Source: Synergistota bacterium (lineage in GTDB: Bacteria; Synergistota; GBS-1). From it: a stretch of 64,000 nucleotides of DNA. The DNA lies in assembly GCA_021159885.1 (NCBI GenBank), contig JAGHDO010000033.1, forward strand, positions 7,370 through 71,369. The letters are read 5' to 3'. Position 1 is the first letter of the stretch, and each line of letters begins with the position of its first letter. Made by a program: the position numbers and the translations under genes. A model generated the notes under the pieces. It searched no databases, was not told the DNA's origin, and saw nothing but the letters and a program-made list of their open reading frames with translations. Positions 1 through 12,890 of this stretch are shown one piece after another.

Positions 1-1687
<1,687 letters not shown>

Positions 1688-1699
1688 TTATGAAAAGCC

Positions 1700-2821
1700 T
1701 TACTGCAATACCGATAGCATGACACCTGCTGCAACAGCGGTACCTATAACTCCCGCAACGTTAGGTCCCATAGCATGCATTAGCAAGAAATTGCTTGGAT
1801 TTTCCTTCTGTGCCACCCTCTGACAGACTCGAGCTGCCATGGGAACGGCAGAAACCCCGGCAGCTCCTATAATAGGATTTACCTTCCCTTTCGTTAAAAC
1901 CTTAAGGAGCTTTCCGAAAAGCACACCCCCCGCCGTACTTGCCATAAAGGCTATTAGACCAAGCAGGATTATCTCAATAGTTCTCACAGTCAAAAACGAC
2001 CGTGCTTCCATAGTTGCACCAACGGTCAAGCCTAACATTATCGTAACTATATTTATGAGCTCATTTTGAGCGGTCTTAGAAAGCCTTTCCGTAACCCCAC
2101 ACTCCCTAAGAAGATTACCAAACATCAGCAAACCGATCAATGGAACAGAAGCTGGAAGTATTAAACCAACAACTATCATAGTTAATATAGGAAAGAGTAT
2201 TCTCTCAAGCTTAGAAACGGGTCTTAGCTGTTCCATAACCATTTTTCTCTCTTCAGGGGTGGTCAGAAGATATATCACTGGAGGCTGGATTAAAGGAACA
2301 AGTGACATGTAAGAATAAGCGGCAACTGCTATCGGTCCCAATATCTGAGGCGCGAGTTTAACAGCAAGATATATGGAAGTGGGGCCATCTGCTCCCCCAA
2401 TTATGCCTATCGAAGCCGCCTCTTTTATAGTAAATCCCATAAGCATTGCACCTATAAGCGCCACGAAAACCCCGAGCTGAGCAGCGGCTCCAAGTATAAA
2501 CGTTATGGGATTAGCAAGCAATGGGCCAAAGTCTGTAAGAGCTCCTACTCCTAAGAAAATAAGACACGGGTAAATCTCGTGCTTCGTTCCGAAAAAGAGG
2601 TAATAAAATAACCCTCCTGGTTCCATTATTCCAGAAAGCGGAAGATTAGCGAGAATACAACCAGATCCTATAGGAACGAGAAGCAACGGCTCGAATCCCT
2701 TTGCTATCGCGAACCATAGAAGCAGTCCTCCTACCATTATCATAACGAGATTTCCCCATGTAAATCCCGCGAATCCCGACATTTGAAAGACCGCAGCAGC
2801 CTTTGCCAAAAGCCCCTCCAT
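1700..2821 (-). CDS. mmdB: Na+-translocating methylmalonyl-CoA/oxaloacetate decarboxylase beta subunit (membrane)
   Basis: Polytopic membrane protein matching the OadB/MmdB/GcdB family over its full length. Confidence 0.85.
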   Translation of the reverse strand: MEGLLAKAAAVFQMSGFAGFTWGNLVMIMVGGLLLWFAIAKGFEPLLLVPIGSGCILANLPLSGIMEPGGLFYYLFFGTKHEIYPCLIFLGVGALTDFGPLLANPITFILGAAAQLGVFVALIGAMLMGFTIKEAASIGIIGGADGPTSIYLAVKLAPQILGPIAVAAYSYMSLVPLIQPPVIYLLTTPEERKMVMEQLRPVSKLERILFPILTMIVVGLILPASVPLIGLLMFGNLLRECGVTERLSKTAQNELINIVTIMLGLTVGATMEARSFLTVRTIEIILLGLIAFMASTAGGVLFGKLLKVLTKGKVNPIIGAAGVSAVPMAARVCQRVAQKENPSNFLLMHAMGPNVAGVIGTAVAAGVMLSVLQ

Positions 2822-2835
2822 ATAATCTCTACCCC

Positions 2836-3306
2836 CTAACCGATTACCACGAGAAGATCTCCAGTGTTAACCGAGTCCCCAGCAGATACAGCAACCTGCT
2901 TAACGACTCCATCTGCAGGAGAAAATATCTCATTCTCCATCTTCATAGCTTCCAATACCACGAGCAAATCTCCCTTTGAAACGCTCTCTCCTTCCTTAAC
3001 GGCAACCTTCAAAATCTTACCAGGCATGGGAGCTGAAACATTTGTGCCTCCCTCGGGTGCAGGAGCCTTAGGCTTCTTTTCAACTGTAGGTGCGGGAGAA
3101 GGCGTGGGAGCAGGCGCGGTTTCGAGCTTCTTAGGTGGAGCTGGTGATATTGATGGAGATGGCGTTGAAGGCGCCGAAACCGAAGGCGCACTTGTAATCT
3201 GAGGAGCCTGCGCTCCAATCGAAGTCGCAGATATTTCCTCAACCTCAACCTCATAAACTCTACCATTTACGGTTATTCTAAAAATCCTCTTATTCATTGC
3301 CCTCAT
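2836..3306 (-). CDS. mmdC: Biotin carboxyl carrier subunit (gamma) of the decarboxylase
   Basis: C-terminal biotinyl domain with an EAMKM biotin-attachment motif. Pro/Ala-rich linker ([15 protein letters not shown]...). Short N-terminal domain. Confidence 0.8.
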   Translation of the reverse strand: MRAMNKRIFRITVNGRVYEVEVEEISATSIGAQAPQITSAPSVSAPSTPSPSISPAPPKKLETAPAPTPSPAPTVEKKPKAPAPEGGTNVSAPMPGKILKVAVKEGESVSKGDLLVVLEAMKMENEIFSPADGVVKQVAVSAGDSVNTGDLLVVIG

Positions 3307-3688
3307 ACCCCCCCATAATGGATTCTATTCTACTAGCCTCTTTCCATGTGGTTCTTACAGGACCAGCTATTCTCCAAATTCTTATCGTTTTTCTGCCAAG
3401 AAAGACAGCTAAAGCAGCCGCTATAGCGGCTACATCCTTTTCAAAGTCAGTAAAAGTTGGCGTAGGAGCTTCTTCCTCCTTAGAAACGGGCTTTGAAACC
3501 TCTTCAACCTTAGAAGGAGAGGAAACTCTTCCCTCCTTTACGGGAGACACCGGCACCCTCTCGATAGCCTTGGCGAGATGTTTTATAAAAACCATCATGA
3601 GGGCGAGCCCCCCTAATATCAAGAACACTATGCTCATCGCAACTATAGAAAGCCCCAAAGCCCCTCCCATAGTATTGATGGACTCCAT
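3290..3688 (-). CDS. Small membrane-anchor subunit (OadG/MmdD-like delta subunit)
   Basis: 132 aa with an N-terminal transmembrane helix ([27 protein letters not shown]) and a charged tail. Position between the carboxyltransferase and biotin-carrier genes is typical for this subunit. Confidence 0.55.
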   Translation of the reverse strand: MESINTMGGALGLSIVAMSIVFLILGGLALMMVFIKHLAKAIERVPVSPVKEGRVSSPSKVEEVSKPVSKEEEAPTPTFTDFEKDVAAIAAALAVFLGRKTIRIWRIAGPVRTTWKEASRIESIMGGYEGNE

Positions 3689-3702
3689 TCAAACCACCAC
3701 CT

Positions 3703-5265
3703 CTAAACTGGCATGATTCCATGCTTCTTCTTGGGTCTTCCTTCTCTCTTCGTCAGAGCCATGGATAGGGACTCAACCAAAGCGAGCCTTGTTTCCTCAG
3801 GTTTTATGATCCTATCTACAAATCCACGCTTAGCAGCAACATAGGGATTAGCAAACTTCTTACGATACTCCTCTATCTTCTGTCTTCTAACCTCCTCCGG
3901 ATTAGGCGCAGATTTTATTTCCTTCCTGAAGATTATGTTAGCCGCTCCTTCAGCCCCCATAACCGCTATCTCTGCCTGAGGCCATGCTAAAACAACGTCT
4001 GCCCCTAAATCCTTACTACACATTCCAAGATAGGCTCCACCGTAGGCCTTTCTCAAAATTACTGTAATTTTAGGAACGGTAGCTTCAGAATAAGCGTATA
4101 ACATCTTGGCACCATGTCTTATTATTCCACCCCACTCCTGAGCTGTTCCTGGAAGATACCCGGGAACATCGACAAAGTTGACTATTGGAATGTTAAATGC
4201 GTCACAGAACCTTATAAACCTCGAAGCCTTATCACAGCAATCTATGTCAAGACACCCTGCCAAATGCCTCGGTTGATTCGCTATTATTCCTATAGGATAA
4301 CCATCCAAACGAGCGAAACCAACCACAATATTCGGGGCATAATACATATGGACCTCAAAGAAATCGCCATTATCAACAACGAGCTTTATAACATCTCTAA
4401 CATCATACGGTTTGTTTGGATGAACGGGAACAATATTTCTGAGTTCCATCTCCACACGCGCGGGATCATCATTAGAGGGCTGATAAGGAGGATCTTCCAT
4501 GTTATTCTGAGGAATAAAGCTTAGCAACTTCCTAACCATCTGGTAGCATTCTTCCTCCGTATCGGCAGCAAAGTGCGCAACCCCGCTTTTCTGATTATGA
4601 GCCATGGCACCACCCAACTCTTCTGAGGAGACATCCTCTCCTGTAACCGCTTTTATAACCTGGGGACCGGTAATATGCATAATCCCTATTCCCTTTACCA
4701 TGAAGGTAAAATCCATTAAAGCAGGAGAATAAACAGCTCCTCCCGCACAAGGTCCTACGATAATTGCTATCTGAGGTATAACACCAGAAGCGATCGTATT
4801 TCTGAAAAATATCTGACCATATCCGCTTAAAGAGTCCACACCCTCTTGAATTCTGGCTCCACCGGAATCGTTTATACCAATCAGGGGAGCTCCCATTCTT
4901 AGAGCCATATCCGCAACTTTGCATATTTTCTTAGCATGCATCTCCCCAAGAGATCCTCCAACTACCGTAAAATCCTGGGAATATACGAAAACTAAACGCC
5001 CATTTATCTTTCCATAACCCGTTATAACCCCATCTGCTGGAGCCTTTACCTTGTCCATCCCAAATTCCGTGCACCTATGCTCCACAAACATGTCTACTTC
5101 AACGAAGCTTCCCTCATCCAAAAGAAGGTTTATTCTCTCACGAGCGGTGAGCTTTCCTTTTGCCTTTTGAGCTTCTATCCTTTTAGGTCCCCCCATAGCC
5201 TTGATTTCCGTCTGCTTAGCTTCAAGTTCCGCAATAAGTTCCTCTATCGTCCTCTCGGTCATCAA
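3703..5265 (-). CDS. mmdA: Methylmalonyl-CoA decarboxylase alpha subunit / carboxyltransferase (propionyl-CoA carboxylase beta-chain family)
   Basis: 520 aa with two carboxyltransferase domains, PccB/MmdA-like along its whole length. Confidence 0.85.
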   Translation of the reverse strand: MMTERTIEELIAELEAKQTEIKAMGGPKRIEAQKAKGKLTARERINLLLDEGSFVEVDMFVEHRCTEFGMDKVKAPADGVITGYGKINGRLVFVYSQDFTVVGGSLGEMHAKKICKVADMALRMGAPLIGINDSGGARIQEGVDSLSGYGQIFFRNTIASGVIPQIAIIVGPCAGGAVYSPALMDFTFMVKGIGIMHITGPQVIKAVTGEDVSSEELGGAMAHNQKSGVAHFAADTEEECYQMVRKLLSFIPQNNMEDPPYQPSNDDPARVEMELRNIVPVHPNKPYDVRDVIKLVVDNGDFFEVHMYYAPNIVVGFARLDGYPIGIIANQPRHLAGCLDIDCCDKASRFIRFCDAFNIPIVNFVDVPGYLPGTAQEWGGIIRHGAKMLYAYSEATVPKITVILRKAYGGAYLGMCSKDLGADVVLAWPQAEIAVMGAEGAANIIFRKEIKSAPNPEEVRRQKIEEYRKKFANPYVAAKRGFVDRIIKPEETRLALVESLSMALTKREGRPKKKHGIMPV

Positions 5266-5268
5266 AAT

Positions 5269-5673
5269 TTACCCCCTCTCACAGATTTCAAGCAAAACTC
5301 CGCCTGTAGCCTTCGGATGAAGAAAAGCTATGCGGGCTCCTCCTGCCCCCTTCCTGGGCTTTTCATCTATCAGTCTTATCCCCTTTCCTTTAAGTTCCTC
5401 TAAAGCTTCCTCTATATTCTCTACCCTTAGAGCTATGTGGTGAAGACCCTCTCCTCGCTTTTCAATGAACTTAGCTACCGGACCATCTGGAGCCGTAGAT
5501 TCAAGAAGCTCAATCTCCGTATCCCCAACGGGGAGAAAAGCAGTCTTAACCTTCTGATCAGGAACCTCTTCAACACCTTCACACTTAATTCCGAGAGTCT
5601 CCTCGTACAGCTTCAGTGCCTCCGAAATACTTTTAACCGCTATGCCTATGTGATCCACCTTTATAACCTTCAT
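5269..5673 (-). CDS. mce: Methylmalonyl-CoA epimerase (glyoxalase/VOC fold)
   Basis: 134 aa; [10 protein letters not shown]...HIALRV are VOC-family metal-binding motifs. Sits between meaB and mmdA. Confidence 0.8.
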   Translation of the reverse strand: MKVIKVDHIGIAVKSISEALKLYEETLGIKCEGVEEVPDQKVKTAFLPVGDTEIELLESTAPDGPVAKFIEKRGEGLHHIALRVENIEEALEELKGKGIRLIDEKPRKGAGGARIAFLHPKATGGVLLEICERG

Positions 5674-6623
5674 TTTATCTGACCCCCCTTCACAACCTTT
5701 CCTATAATTTCACTAACAAGAGCATATGGGTCTATCTCCTTATTAAGGATCTGTTCCACGTACAAATCCAAGGTTTCTCCCCTCAACAATTTTTCCACTC
5801 GCTCTCTTATTTTTTCTTCAAGGGCTATCCTGAGCTCCGATTCAACACGCTTCTTCCTTCTTTTTAAGAGCTCTCCACTCTCGCGGAGATAGCGTACGTG
5901 ACTATCTATCTCCTCTACAAGCTTATCCACACCGGTTCCGTCCTCAGCTATGGTCATAATAACCGGTGGAATCCATTCAGACTCCCCATAACCGAATTCA
6001 AGCCAGACCTTTAGTTCCTTGGCAAGCCTATCAGCTCCATCTTTATCCGATTTGTTGACAACAAATATATCACCTATTTCCATTATGCCAGCTTTTATAA
6101 CCTGAATTTCATCTCCCATACCAGGAACGAGTACAAGTATAACGGTATCAGCGGTCTTAACTATATCTACCTCGTTTTGACCAGCTCCCACCGTCTCTAT
6201 GATAACGTAGTCGAATCCACAGGCATCAAGAACCTTAGCTACATCAGCGGTAGCTTTCGATAGCCCCCCTAAAGCCCCTCTTGAGCCCATACTCCTTATA
6301 AAAACACCCGGATCCGTGGCATGTCGCTGCATTCTAAGCCTATCCCCAAGAAAGGCTCCTCCAGTAAAGGGACTGGAAGGGTCTATAGCTATAACACCTG
6401 CTTTTTTGTTCTTTCTTCTTAAATGATATATTAGCTTATCAACGAGCGTGCTTTTTCCCACGCCCGGAGCGCCCGTTATACCCAAATAATAAGCCCTGCC
6501 GGTAAAAGGATAGAGCTCCCGCAGGAGCTCTATCCCTTCTTCTCCTCCGCCTTCAACTATTGTTATTATTCTGCCTATGGAAATATGATCTCCGGCAAGA
6601 GCCTTTCTAATTAGCTCTCTCAC
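5670..6623 (-). CDS. meaB: Methylmalonyl-CoA mutase-associated GTPase MeaB/ArgK
   Basis: [13 protein letters not shown]-loop, NKSD and DxxG motifs; G3E family. Adjacent to the mutase genes. Confidence 0.85.
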   Translation of the reverse strand: MRELIRKALAGDHISIGRIITIVEGGGEEGIELLRELYPFTGRAYYLGITGAPGVGKSTLVDKLIYHLRRKNKKAGVIAIDPSSPFTGGAFLGDRLRMQRHATDPGVFIRSMGSRGALGGLSKATADVAKVLDACGFDYVIIETVGAGQNEVDIVKTADTVILVLVPGMGDEIQVIKAGIMEIGDIFVVNKSDKDGADRLAKELKVWLEFGYGESEWIPPVIMTIAEDGTGVDKLVEEIDSHVRYLRESGELLKRRKKRVESELRIALEEKIRERVEKLLRGETLDLYVEQILNKEIDPYALVSEIIGKVVKGGQIK

Positions 6624-7018
6624 TTCCTAACAGCCTGCCTTAAAAATTCTACCATTCTTGATATGGGCGTTCCGGGACCAAACACTTCCGCTACTCCTAT
6701 CTCCTTAAGAGCAGGAACATCCTCAGGGGGAATAACCCCACCCGCCACTACTAAGATGTTTTCCGCTCCTTTTTCCTTAAGAAGCTCTATCACCCTTCTA
6801 CAATAATACTCATGAGCCCCAGAAAGAATACTTAACCCTATAGCATCTACATCCTCCTGAATCGCAGTTTGAACTATTTGCTCTGGAGTTTGCCTCAACC
6901 CTGTATAAATTACCTCCATACCCGCATCTCTAAGTCCCCGAGCCACTACCTTTGCTCCCCGATCGTGCCCGTCAAGCCCCGGCTTAGCTATCAAAACTCT
7001 TATCTTTTTATCGATCAT
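6620..7018 (-). CDS. mcmB: Methylmalonyl-CoA mutase small subunit, B12-binding domain
   Basis: 132 aa; the DxHxxG cobalamin motif is present (GLDGHDRG) within a Rossmann-like B12-binding domain. Confidence 0.85.
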   Translation of the reverse strand: MIDKKIRVLIAKPGLDGHDRGAKVVARGLRDAGMEVIYTGLRQTPEQIVQTAIQEDVDAIGLSILSGAHEYYCRRVIELLKEKGAENILVVAGGVIPPEDVPALKEIGVAEVFGPGTPISRMVEFLRQAVRK

Positions 7019-7041
7019 CTTTATTCTCCCTCCCCGAAAGC

Positions 7042-8727
7042 TTAAAGGACTATCTTCTCCACATAAACGCCGAAAACATCCCTTAAAACGTCACAGATTT
7101 CTCCCTCGGTAGCGTAAGCCTTCACGGCTTCTAAGAAGTAGGGCATAAGATTCACGCTTTCATCTTGAGCGGCTTTTCTCAAATCCTCAAGAACGCTCTT
7201 AACTCTGATATTGTCTCTTCTTTGCTTAAGCTCGTGCAGTCTCTTAACCTGCTTTTCCGCTATCGAGGGATCAACCTTAAGGAGCTTAAGCCCGCTTAAA
7301 TCCTCATCTATCTGGAACTTATTAACCCCAACGACTATCTTCTCACCCTTCTCAACCTCTACCTGATATCTATACGCGCTATCCTGAATCTCCTTTTGCA
7401 CAAATCCCTTTTCTATTGCCTCTACCATACCACCGAGCTCATCTATCTTCTCAATCAGCTTCATGGCTTCTTTCTCTATTTTGGTGGTCAGCCACTCTAT
7501 ATAATAAGAACCTGCCAATGGATCAACCGTATTTGTTACCCCACTTTCATAGGCTATTATCTGCTGGGTTCTTAGAGCTATGCGAACAGATTCCTCCGTG
7601 GGAAGAGCAAGAGCCTCATCATAGGAATTAGTGTGAAGAGATTGCGTACCGCCAAGCACCGCCGCAAGAGCCTGAATAGTAACCCTTATTATGTTATTTA
7701 ATGGCTGCTGAGCGGTTAAAGTAGACCCTCCCGTTTGAGTATGGAATCTAAGCATCATAGCCCGAGGATTCGTAACTCCAAAACGCTCCTTCATTATCTT
7801 AGCCCAGAGTCTCCTCGCAGCTCTAAATTTCGCTATCTCCTCAAGAAAATCATTATGAGCGTTGAAGAAGAAAGATAATCTCTGACCAAATACGTTAGGA
7901 TCCAGTCCCTTCTTCATCGCAGCCTCGACATAAGCTATACCATCTGCAAGCGTAAAGGCTACCTCCTGAACCGCAGTAGCCCCCGCTTCCCTTATGTGAT
8001 AACCGCTTATACTTATAGTATTCCATTTAGGCACGTGTTTACTACCAAACTCAAAAATATCGGTTATAAGTCTCATAGAAGGCTTGGGAGGGAATATATA
8101 AGTTCCTCTCGCTATATATTCCTTAAGGATATCATTCTGTATAGTACCCCTTAGCTTATCAAACGATACACCTTGCTTCTCAGCAACCGCCATGTACATA
8201 GCCCACAAAATTGCAGCCGGTGCGTTTATGGTCATAGAGGTACTAACCTTATCAAGAGGAATCCCATCGAAAAGTATCTCCATATCCTCAAGAGAGTCTA
8301 TTGCAACCCCCACTTTCCCAACTTCTCCTTGAGCAAGCGGATGATCAGAGTCATAACCTATCTGGGTCGGCAAATCGAAAGCAACACTTAAACCCGTCTG
8401 CCCCTGTTCTAACAGATACTTATACCTCTTGTTAGATTCTTCCGCAGTTGCAAAACCGGCGTATTGCCTCATCGTCCAGAATCTGCCTCTGTACATCGTT
8501 GGCTGAACGCCACGAGTAAATGGGTAATCGCCAGGAAATCCAAGATCCTCAACATAATCCATCTCGCTTATATCCTCAGGAGTGTAAACGCGCTCAACGG
8601 GGATATTAGACCCCGTTTTAAACTCCTCTCTCATCTCAGGCCTCTTAGCAAGGGTCTTATCAAGCACCTTCTCCTTCCATTCCGCCTTTTTCTTCTTTAT
8701 CTTCTCTATCGCTTCCTCCTTAAACAA
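7042..8727 (-). CDS. mcmA: Methylmalonyl-CoA mutase large (catalytic TIM-barrel) subunit, split-type without a B12 domain
   Basis: 561 aa; [59 protein letters not shown] is the canonical MCM N-domain. TTG start with a GGGGG RBS. Confidence 0.9.
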   Translation of the reverse strand: MFKEEAIEKIKKKKAEWKEKVLDKTLAKRPEMREEFKTGSNIPVERVYTPEDISEMDYVEDLGFPGDYPFTRGVQPTMYRGRFWTMRQYAGFATAEESNKRYKYLLEQGQTGLSVAFDLPTQIGYDSDHPLAQGEVGKVGVAIDSLEDMEILFDGIPLDKVSTSMTINAPAAILWAMYMAVAEKQGVSFDKLRGTIQNDILKEYIARGTYIFPPKPSMRLITDIFEFGSKHVPKWNTISISGYHIREAGATAVQEVAFTLADGIAYVEAAMKKGLDPNVFGQRLSFFFNAHNDFLEEIAKFRAARRLWAKIMKERFGVTNPRAMMLRFHTQTGGSTLTAQQPLNNIIRVTIQALAAVLGGTQSLHTNSYDEALALPTEESVRIALRTQQIIAYESGVTNTVDPLAGSYYIEWLTTKIEKEAMKLIEKIDELGGMVEAIEKGFVQKEIQDSAYRYQVEVEKGEKIVVGVNKFQIDEDLSGLKLLKVDPSIAEKQVKRLHELKQRRDNIRVKSVLEDLRKAAQDESVNLMPYFLEAVKAYATEGEICDVLRDVFGVYVEKIVL

Positions 8728-8779
8728 CCCCTATCCCCCCTTGTAGGTAGCTTTCTAAATAAAACAGTCAATTAAGTTT

Positions 8780-8809
8780 TCCACGCTGTTGCAAAATAAT
8801 TTATACCTC
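8780..8809 (-). promoter_or_regulatory. Candidate sigma70-type promoter of the mcm-mmd operon (-35 TTGACA, ~18-nt spacer, -10 TATAAA)
   Basis: The minus-strand reads GGGTTGACActttttccttttggaggTATAAAttat, about 55-85 nt upstream of the mcmA start. Confidence 0.45.
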
Positions 8810-8824
8810 CAAAAGGAAAAAGTG

Positions 8825-10267
8825 TCAACCCTTTATAACTCCCAAAGGCCTAAGTCTCACAACTTTCTTCGAGATACCTGCTTTATCCACTATTTCAACT
8901 ACTTTGTCTATATCCTTATAGGCCTCTGGAGCCTCTTCATACAAGGTTCCTCTATCCCTTGCTTTGACCTTCACCCCTATTTCAGCAAGCTCTCCGGTCA
9001 AATCTCTTCCCCTGAGTCCCCTAACTGCTGCGTGCCTACTCATAACTCTACCAGCCCCATGGCAGGTAGAAGCAAAAGTCTCTTTCTCAGCTCGCTTCGT
9101 TCCCAAAAGTACATATGAAGGTGTACCCATACTGCCTGGAATTATGACCGGCTGACCCATATCCCTATAAGGTTCAGGCACGTACCTTGATCCTGGACCA
9201 AAGGCTCGCGTCGCTCCCTTCCTGTGAACGCATACCTCTATTTCCTTACCATCCCATACATGCTTTTCTACATGAGCTATATTGTGAGACACATCATAAA
9301 GGAGTCTTAGGTAGATATCCTTCCCAAAGGTTTTATAAAAGACGTCCCTTACCCAGTGCGTAATGACCTCCCTATTAGCAAAAGCATAGTTAGTAGCTGC
9401 AGACATAGCCTGTATATAATCCTCTCCTTCTTTCGATTTAATTGGAACGCAAGCAAGTTGCTTATCCGGAACGTTTATGCCATAGGATCTCATGCGATTC
9501 CTCATAACCCTAACATAGTCATCACATACCTGATGTCCCAGTCCACGGGAACCACAGTGTATCATAACCGTAACGATTCCCTTTTCCAGTCCCCACTTCC
9601 GAGCGACATCTTCAAGATACACTTCCTCAACATACTGAACCTCTAAAAAGTGATTTCCTGAACCAAGCGTACCAAGCTGAGGAGCACCTCTTTCTTTCGC
9701 CCTTCTGCTCACCTTATCCGGGTTCGCTCTTTTCATTCTTCCTCCTTCCTCGATACACTTAAGATCGCTTTTCTCACCATATCCCATTTCAACTGCCCAA
9801 TGAGCCCCCATCGTTAAAACATCTTCAAGCTCTCGTGGCTTCAGCTTTATCTTACCTTTACCTCCCACACCACAGGGTATAGCAGAAAAAAGCCTATTTA
9901 TAAGGACATCTATCCTCGATTCGACTTCTTTTCTCCCCAGCTGACTTACGAGAAGCCTCACTCCACAAGATATATCGTAACCAACCCCTCCTGGTGAAAT
10001 GACCCCGTCTTCAACTCTCATGGCAGCTACTCCTCCAATGGGGAAACCATATCCCCAGTGAATATCAGGCATACCAAAGGAGTATCCAACTATGCCAGGA
10101 AGAGTAGCAACATTAGCAACCTGCTCATAAACCTTCTCTTTTTCTAAGCTTTTCAGCACTTCCCTATCTGCAAAAATCATGCCTGGAACACGCATCCCAG
10201 ATTTATAATTCTCAGGAAGCAACCATCTAACATCATCGATCTTTTTCAAAATAGATTCTATACCCAT
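8825..10267 (-). CDS. rtcB: RNA-splicing ligase RtcB
   Basis: 480 aa with characteristic His-rich metal-site segments and a full-length family match. Confidence 0.9.
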   Translation of the reverse strand: MGIESILKKIDDVRWLLPENYKSGMRVPGMIFADREVLKSLEKEKVYEQVANVATLPGIVGYSFGMPDIHWGYGFPIGGVAAMRVEDGVISPGGVGYDISCGVRLLVSQLGRKEVESRIDVLINRLFSAIPCGVGGKGKIKLKPRELEDVLTMGAHWAVEMGYGEKSDLKCIEEGGRMKRANPDKVSRRAKERGAPQLGTLGSGNHFLEVQYVEEVYLEDVARKWGLEKGIVTVMIHCGSRGLGHQVCDDYVRVMRNRMRSYGINVPDKQLACVPIKSKEGEDYIQAMSAATNYAFANREVITHWVRDVFYKTFGKDIYLRLLYDVSHNIAHVEKHVWDGKEIEVCVHRKGATRAFGPGSRYVPEPYRDMGQPVIIPGSMGTPSYVLLGTKRAEKETFASTCHGAGRVMSRHAAVRGLRGRDLTGELAEIGVKVKARDRGTLYEEAPEAYKDIDKVVEIVDKAGISKKVVRLRPLGVIKG

Positions 10268-10285
10268 TTTTTCGTACCTCCCTTC

Positions 10286-11772
10286 TTAATTCTCTATCGT
10301 TATCCTCCAAGGCGTTTCTTCTCGGTATCTCATATAAATCCCTAAGTCAAGAATCGATTCCCAAGCTTTTATTGAAAAAACTTTTTTCCCCAAGCAGCAT
10401 ATTCCTAATCCTATTTTTTCATCGCCTCGAGATATCAGAGCTTCAAGCCAAGCATTTTTAACTCCATCACTTCTTATACCAATCCCTGAAGCCTTTTTTA
10501 TTATTCTTAGTCTCTTAGAAATCTCAGAAAGAGAAAGAAAGTCTTCCCTCTCAAAGGGGGTAAAAGGCTTAGGAACAAAGGGAGTTACGGTAGCTATGAC
10601 CTCCAATCCTCGAAAACGATCTCTCAAACTTCGAATCATTAAGCCTATCTTTTCAGCATTGGCAGGGCTCTCTTCAGGCAAACCGATCATAAAATAAAGC
10701 TTGAGTCTCCTAAATCCATGCTTATATATCATGGATATTTTTTCCTCAAGCAAGTCATTTGAAAAATCTTTACCTATACTCCGTCTTAACTCCTCATCTG
10801 CCGTTTCAGGAGCAAGTGTAATGGTCCTCTGACCACTCATATTAAGCAAATCCAAGAGTTTTTCGTTTATGCCTTCCACCCTGAACGAACCGAACGAAAC
10901 CCTTCTATTTTCCTTAAGTAAAAAATCAACAAGGTGATCAAAGTAGGGATAGTCAGTGGCAACGGGGCTCACCAAACCAAGCTTCAAATCCGGCGATAAT
11001 TTATCAATAAACGCACATATATTGTTAAGCGATCTAAACCTCACTGGTTTATAGCACTGCCTCACAGGACAAAAAAACAGTTCCTTTTACACCCCCTGTT
11101 AAGCTCTATAAGTAGCGCTCCCCCAAATTCGTTTAAAGAAGTATAGAGAGGAGCTCCCGAGGAGTAGACGTCTAATTCCTCTATCCATCTTCGGCGTGTA
11201 CGTTCTTTAATACCTGGAACGAGAACTCCCTCTATGCTTGAAAGTTCTTCAAGCAGCTTTCTCTTCCCACCTTTAGGAGAGGATAAAAATATATCGGCTA
11301 TCTCCTTTAAGCTTTCCTCTGCTTCACCACAAACTATAAAATCCGCTATAGGAAAGAGAGGTAATGGATTAAGAGAAGCGAAAGCTCCACCTACCCCCAC
11401 CAGTGGATCCTCTTCTCTCCTCTCTTTCCGTAGAGGAGAAATTCCTCCCTCTTTTAACATAGCTACAAGATTGGGTAAATCCAGCTCATATGAAAGGGAA
11501 AACGCTAAAACATCAAACTCAAGAAGGGCTCTCCCCTCCTCAAAGGAGAGAGGGGGAAAGCCCTTCCACTTAAAAAACCTTGACACAAAGATACTCCCTA
11601 TTTCACTTAAAATTCTGTATACAAATAGGAAACCCAAGTTTGAAATACCAACACTATAAGCATTAGGGTAAATTAAAGCCCATTTAATCTTACCCTGTGG
11701 CTTCCAGAAGGAATCAAGCCATCTCTCTTCCCTTTTATATTTAAGAACCTCTTTCCTCCATTCCCAGAGCAT
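10286..11772 (-). CDS. B12-binding-domain/radical SAM protein, disrupted: two ORFs (11062..11772 and 10286..11065) join with a +1 frameshift at an A7/T7 homopolymer inside the CxxxCxxC motif
   Basis: The upstream ORF ends ...NRGCKRNCFFVL*. Adding one T to the T7 run (plus-strand A7 at 11071-11077) gives ...GCKRNCFFCPVRQCYKPVRF..., restoring a canonical radical-SAM CxxxCxxC and reading straight into the downstream ORF. The N-terminal ALIYPNAYSVGISNLGFLFVY segment is typical of B12-binding-like rSAM N-domains. Confidence 0.7.
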
Positions 11773-12869
11773 TATCTAAGATTTATATCAGCAGATGATC
11801 CACTTCCCTCTCTCCTTCTCCTGAGATACGGCGGGATATCTATATCTTCAGAGTCTATAATAGGTCCAAAACTCTCTATATCTATGGGCGCTCTCGTTCT
11901 CTTGGGTTTAGAGTCAAAACCTGTAGCTATAACCGTTATCATAACTTCATCGTTCATGTCCTCTTTTATCACGGCTCCAAAGATTATGTTAGCATCTTTA
12001 TCAGCTACTTTGGTTATAAGATCAGCAGCATCGTGAACTTCCTTAAGGGTTAGATCAACCCCCCCAGAGATATTGAGAAGTATCCCCTTGGCCCCTTCTA
12101 TTGAACTTTCAAGCAATGGACTTGAGATAGCAGCCTTAGCAGCTTCTAAAGCTCTACTTTCTCCCTTTCCATAGCCAACACCCATAAGGGCAGAACCGGC
12201 TTCCTTCATTATCGCTTCAACATCAGCAAAATCAACGTTTATCAAACCAGGAATAGTTATAAGATCAGATATCCCTTGAACTCCCTGTCTTAAAACATCA
12301 TCAGCCATTCTGAAAGCCTCAAGAAGAGGAGTATTTTTGTCAGCAACATCGAGAAGCTTATCATTAGGTATAACAATAAGTGCATCAACCTTTTCACGAA
12401 GAAGATTAATTCCCTCCTCTGCCTGAAGCATTCTCTTACGTCCCTCAAAAAGGAAAGGTTTAGTAACTACCCCTACCGTTAATACACCGAGCTCTTTAGC
12501 CACCTCCGCTATTATAGGAGAAGCTCCTGTTCCGGTTCCCCCTCCCATGCCGGCAGTTATAAAGACCATATCCGCTCCCTTAAGAACCTCAGCTATCTTA
12601 TCCCTATCCTCCTCCGCAGCTTTCTTGCCTATCTCTGGATTTGCTCCTGCTCCGAGCCCTCTCGTAAGCTTGTCTCCTATCTGGAGCTTCACCGGAGCCT
12701 TGGAAAGATTCAGAGCCTGAAGATCGGTATTTACAGCTATAAATTTAACACCATTAAGCCCCGCTTCTATCATTCTGTTTAAAGCGTTATTTCCTCCTCC
12801 TCCCACCCCTATAACTCGTATTTCCGCACCAATTCTCCTATTCTCCTCGTCCTTAAGTATTTCTATCAT
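11772..12869 (-). CDS. ftsZ: Cell division GTPase FtsZ
   Basis: GGGTGTG tubulin signature; full-length FtsZ. Confidence 0.95.
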   Translation of the reverse strand: MIEILKDEENRRIGAEIRVIGVGGGGNNALNRMIEAGLNGVKFIAVNTDLQALNLSKAPVKLQIGDKLTRGLGAGANPEIGKKAAEEDRDKIAEVLKGADMVFITAGMGGGTGTGASPIIAEVAKELGVLTVGVVTKPFLFEGRKRMLQAEEGINLLREKVDALIVIPNDKLLDVADKNTPLLEAFRMADDVLRQGVQGISDLITIPGLINVDFADVEAIMKEAGSALMGVGYGKGESRALEAAKAAISSPLLESSIEGAKGILLNISGGVDLTLKEVHDAADLITKVADKDANIIFGAVIKEDMNDEVMITVIATGFDSKPKRTRAPIDIESFGPIIDSEDIDIPPYLRRRREGSGSSADINLR

Positions 12870-12890
12870 CCTTAATCCCCTCCTAAAGGC

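Noticed and set aside
3009-3266. 85-aa Arg/Leu-rich ORF ([19 protein letters not shown]...)
   Set aside because: It is an alternative frame of the Pro/Ala-rich linker of the biotin carrier gene on the same strand. The low-complexity repeat is an artefact.
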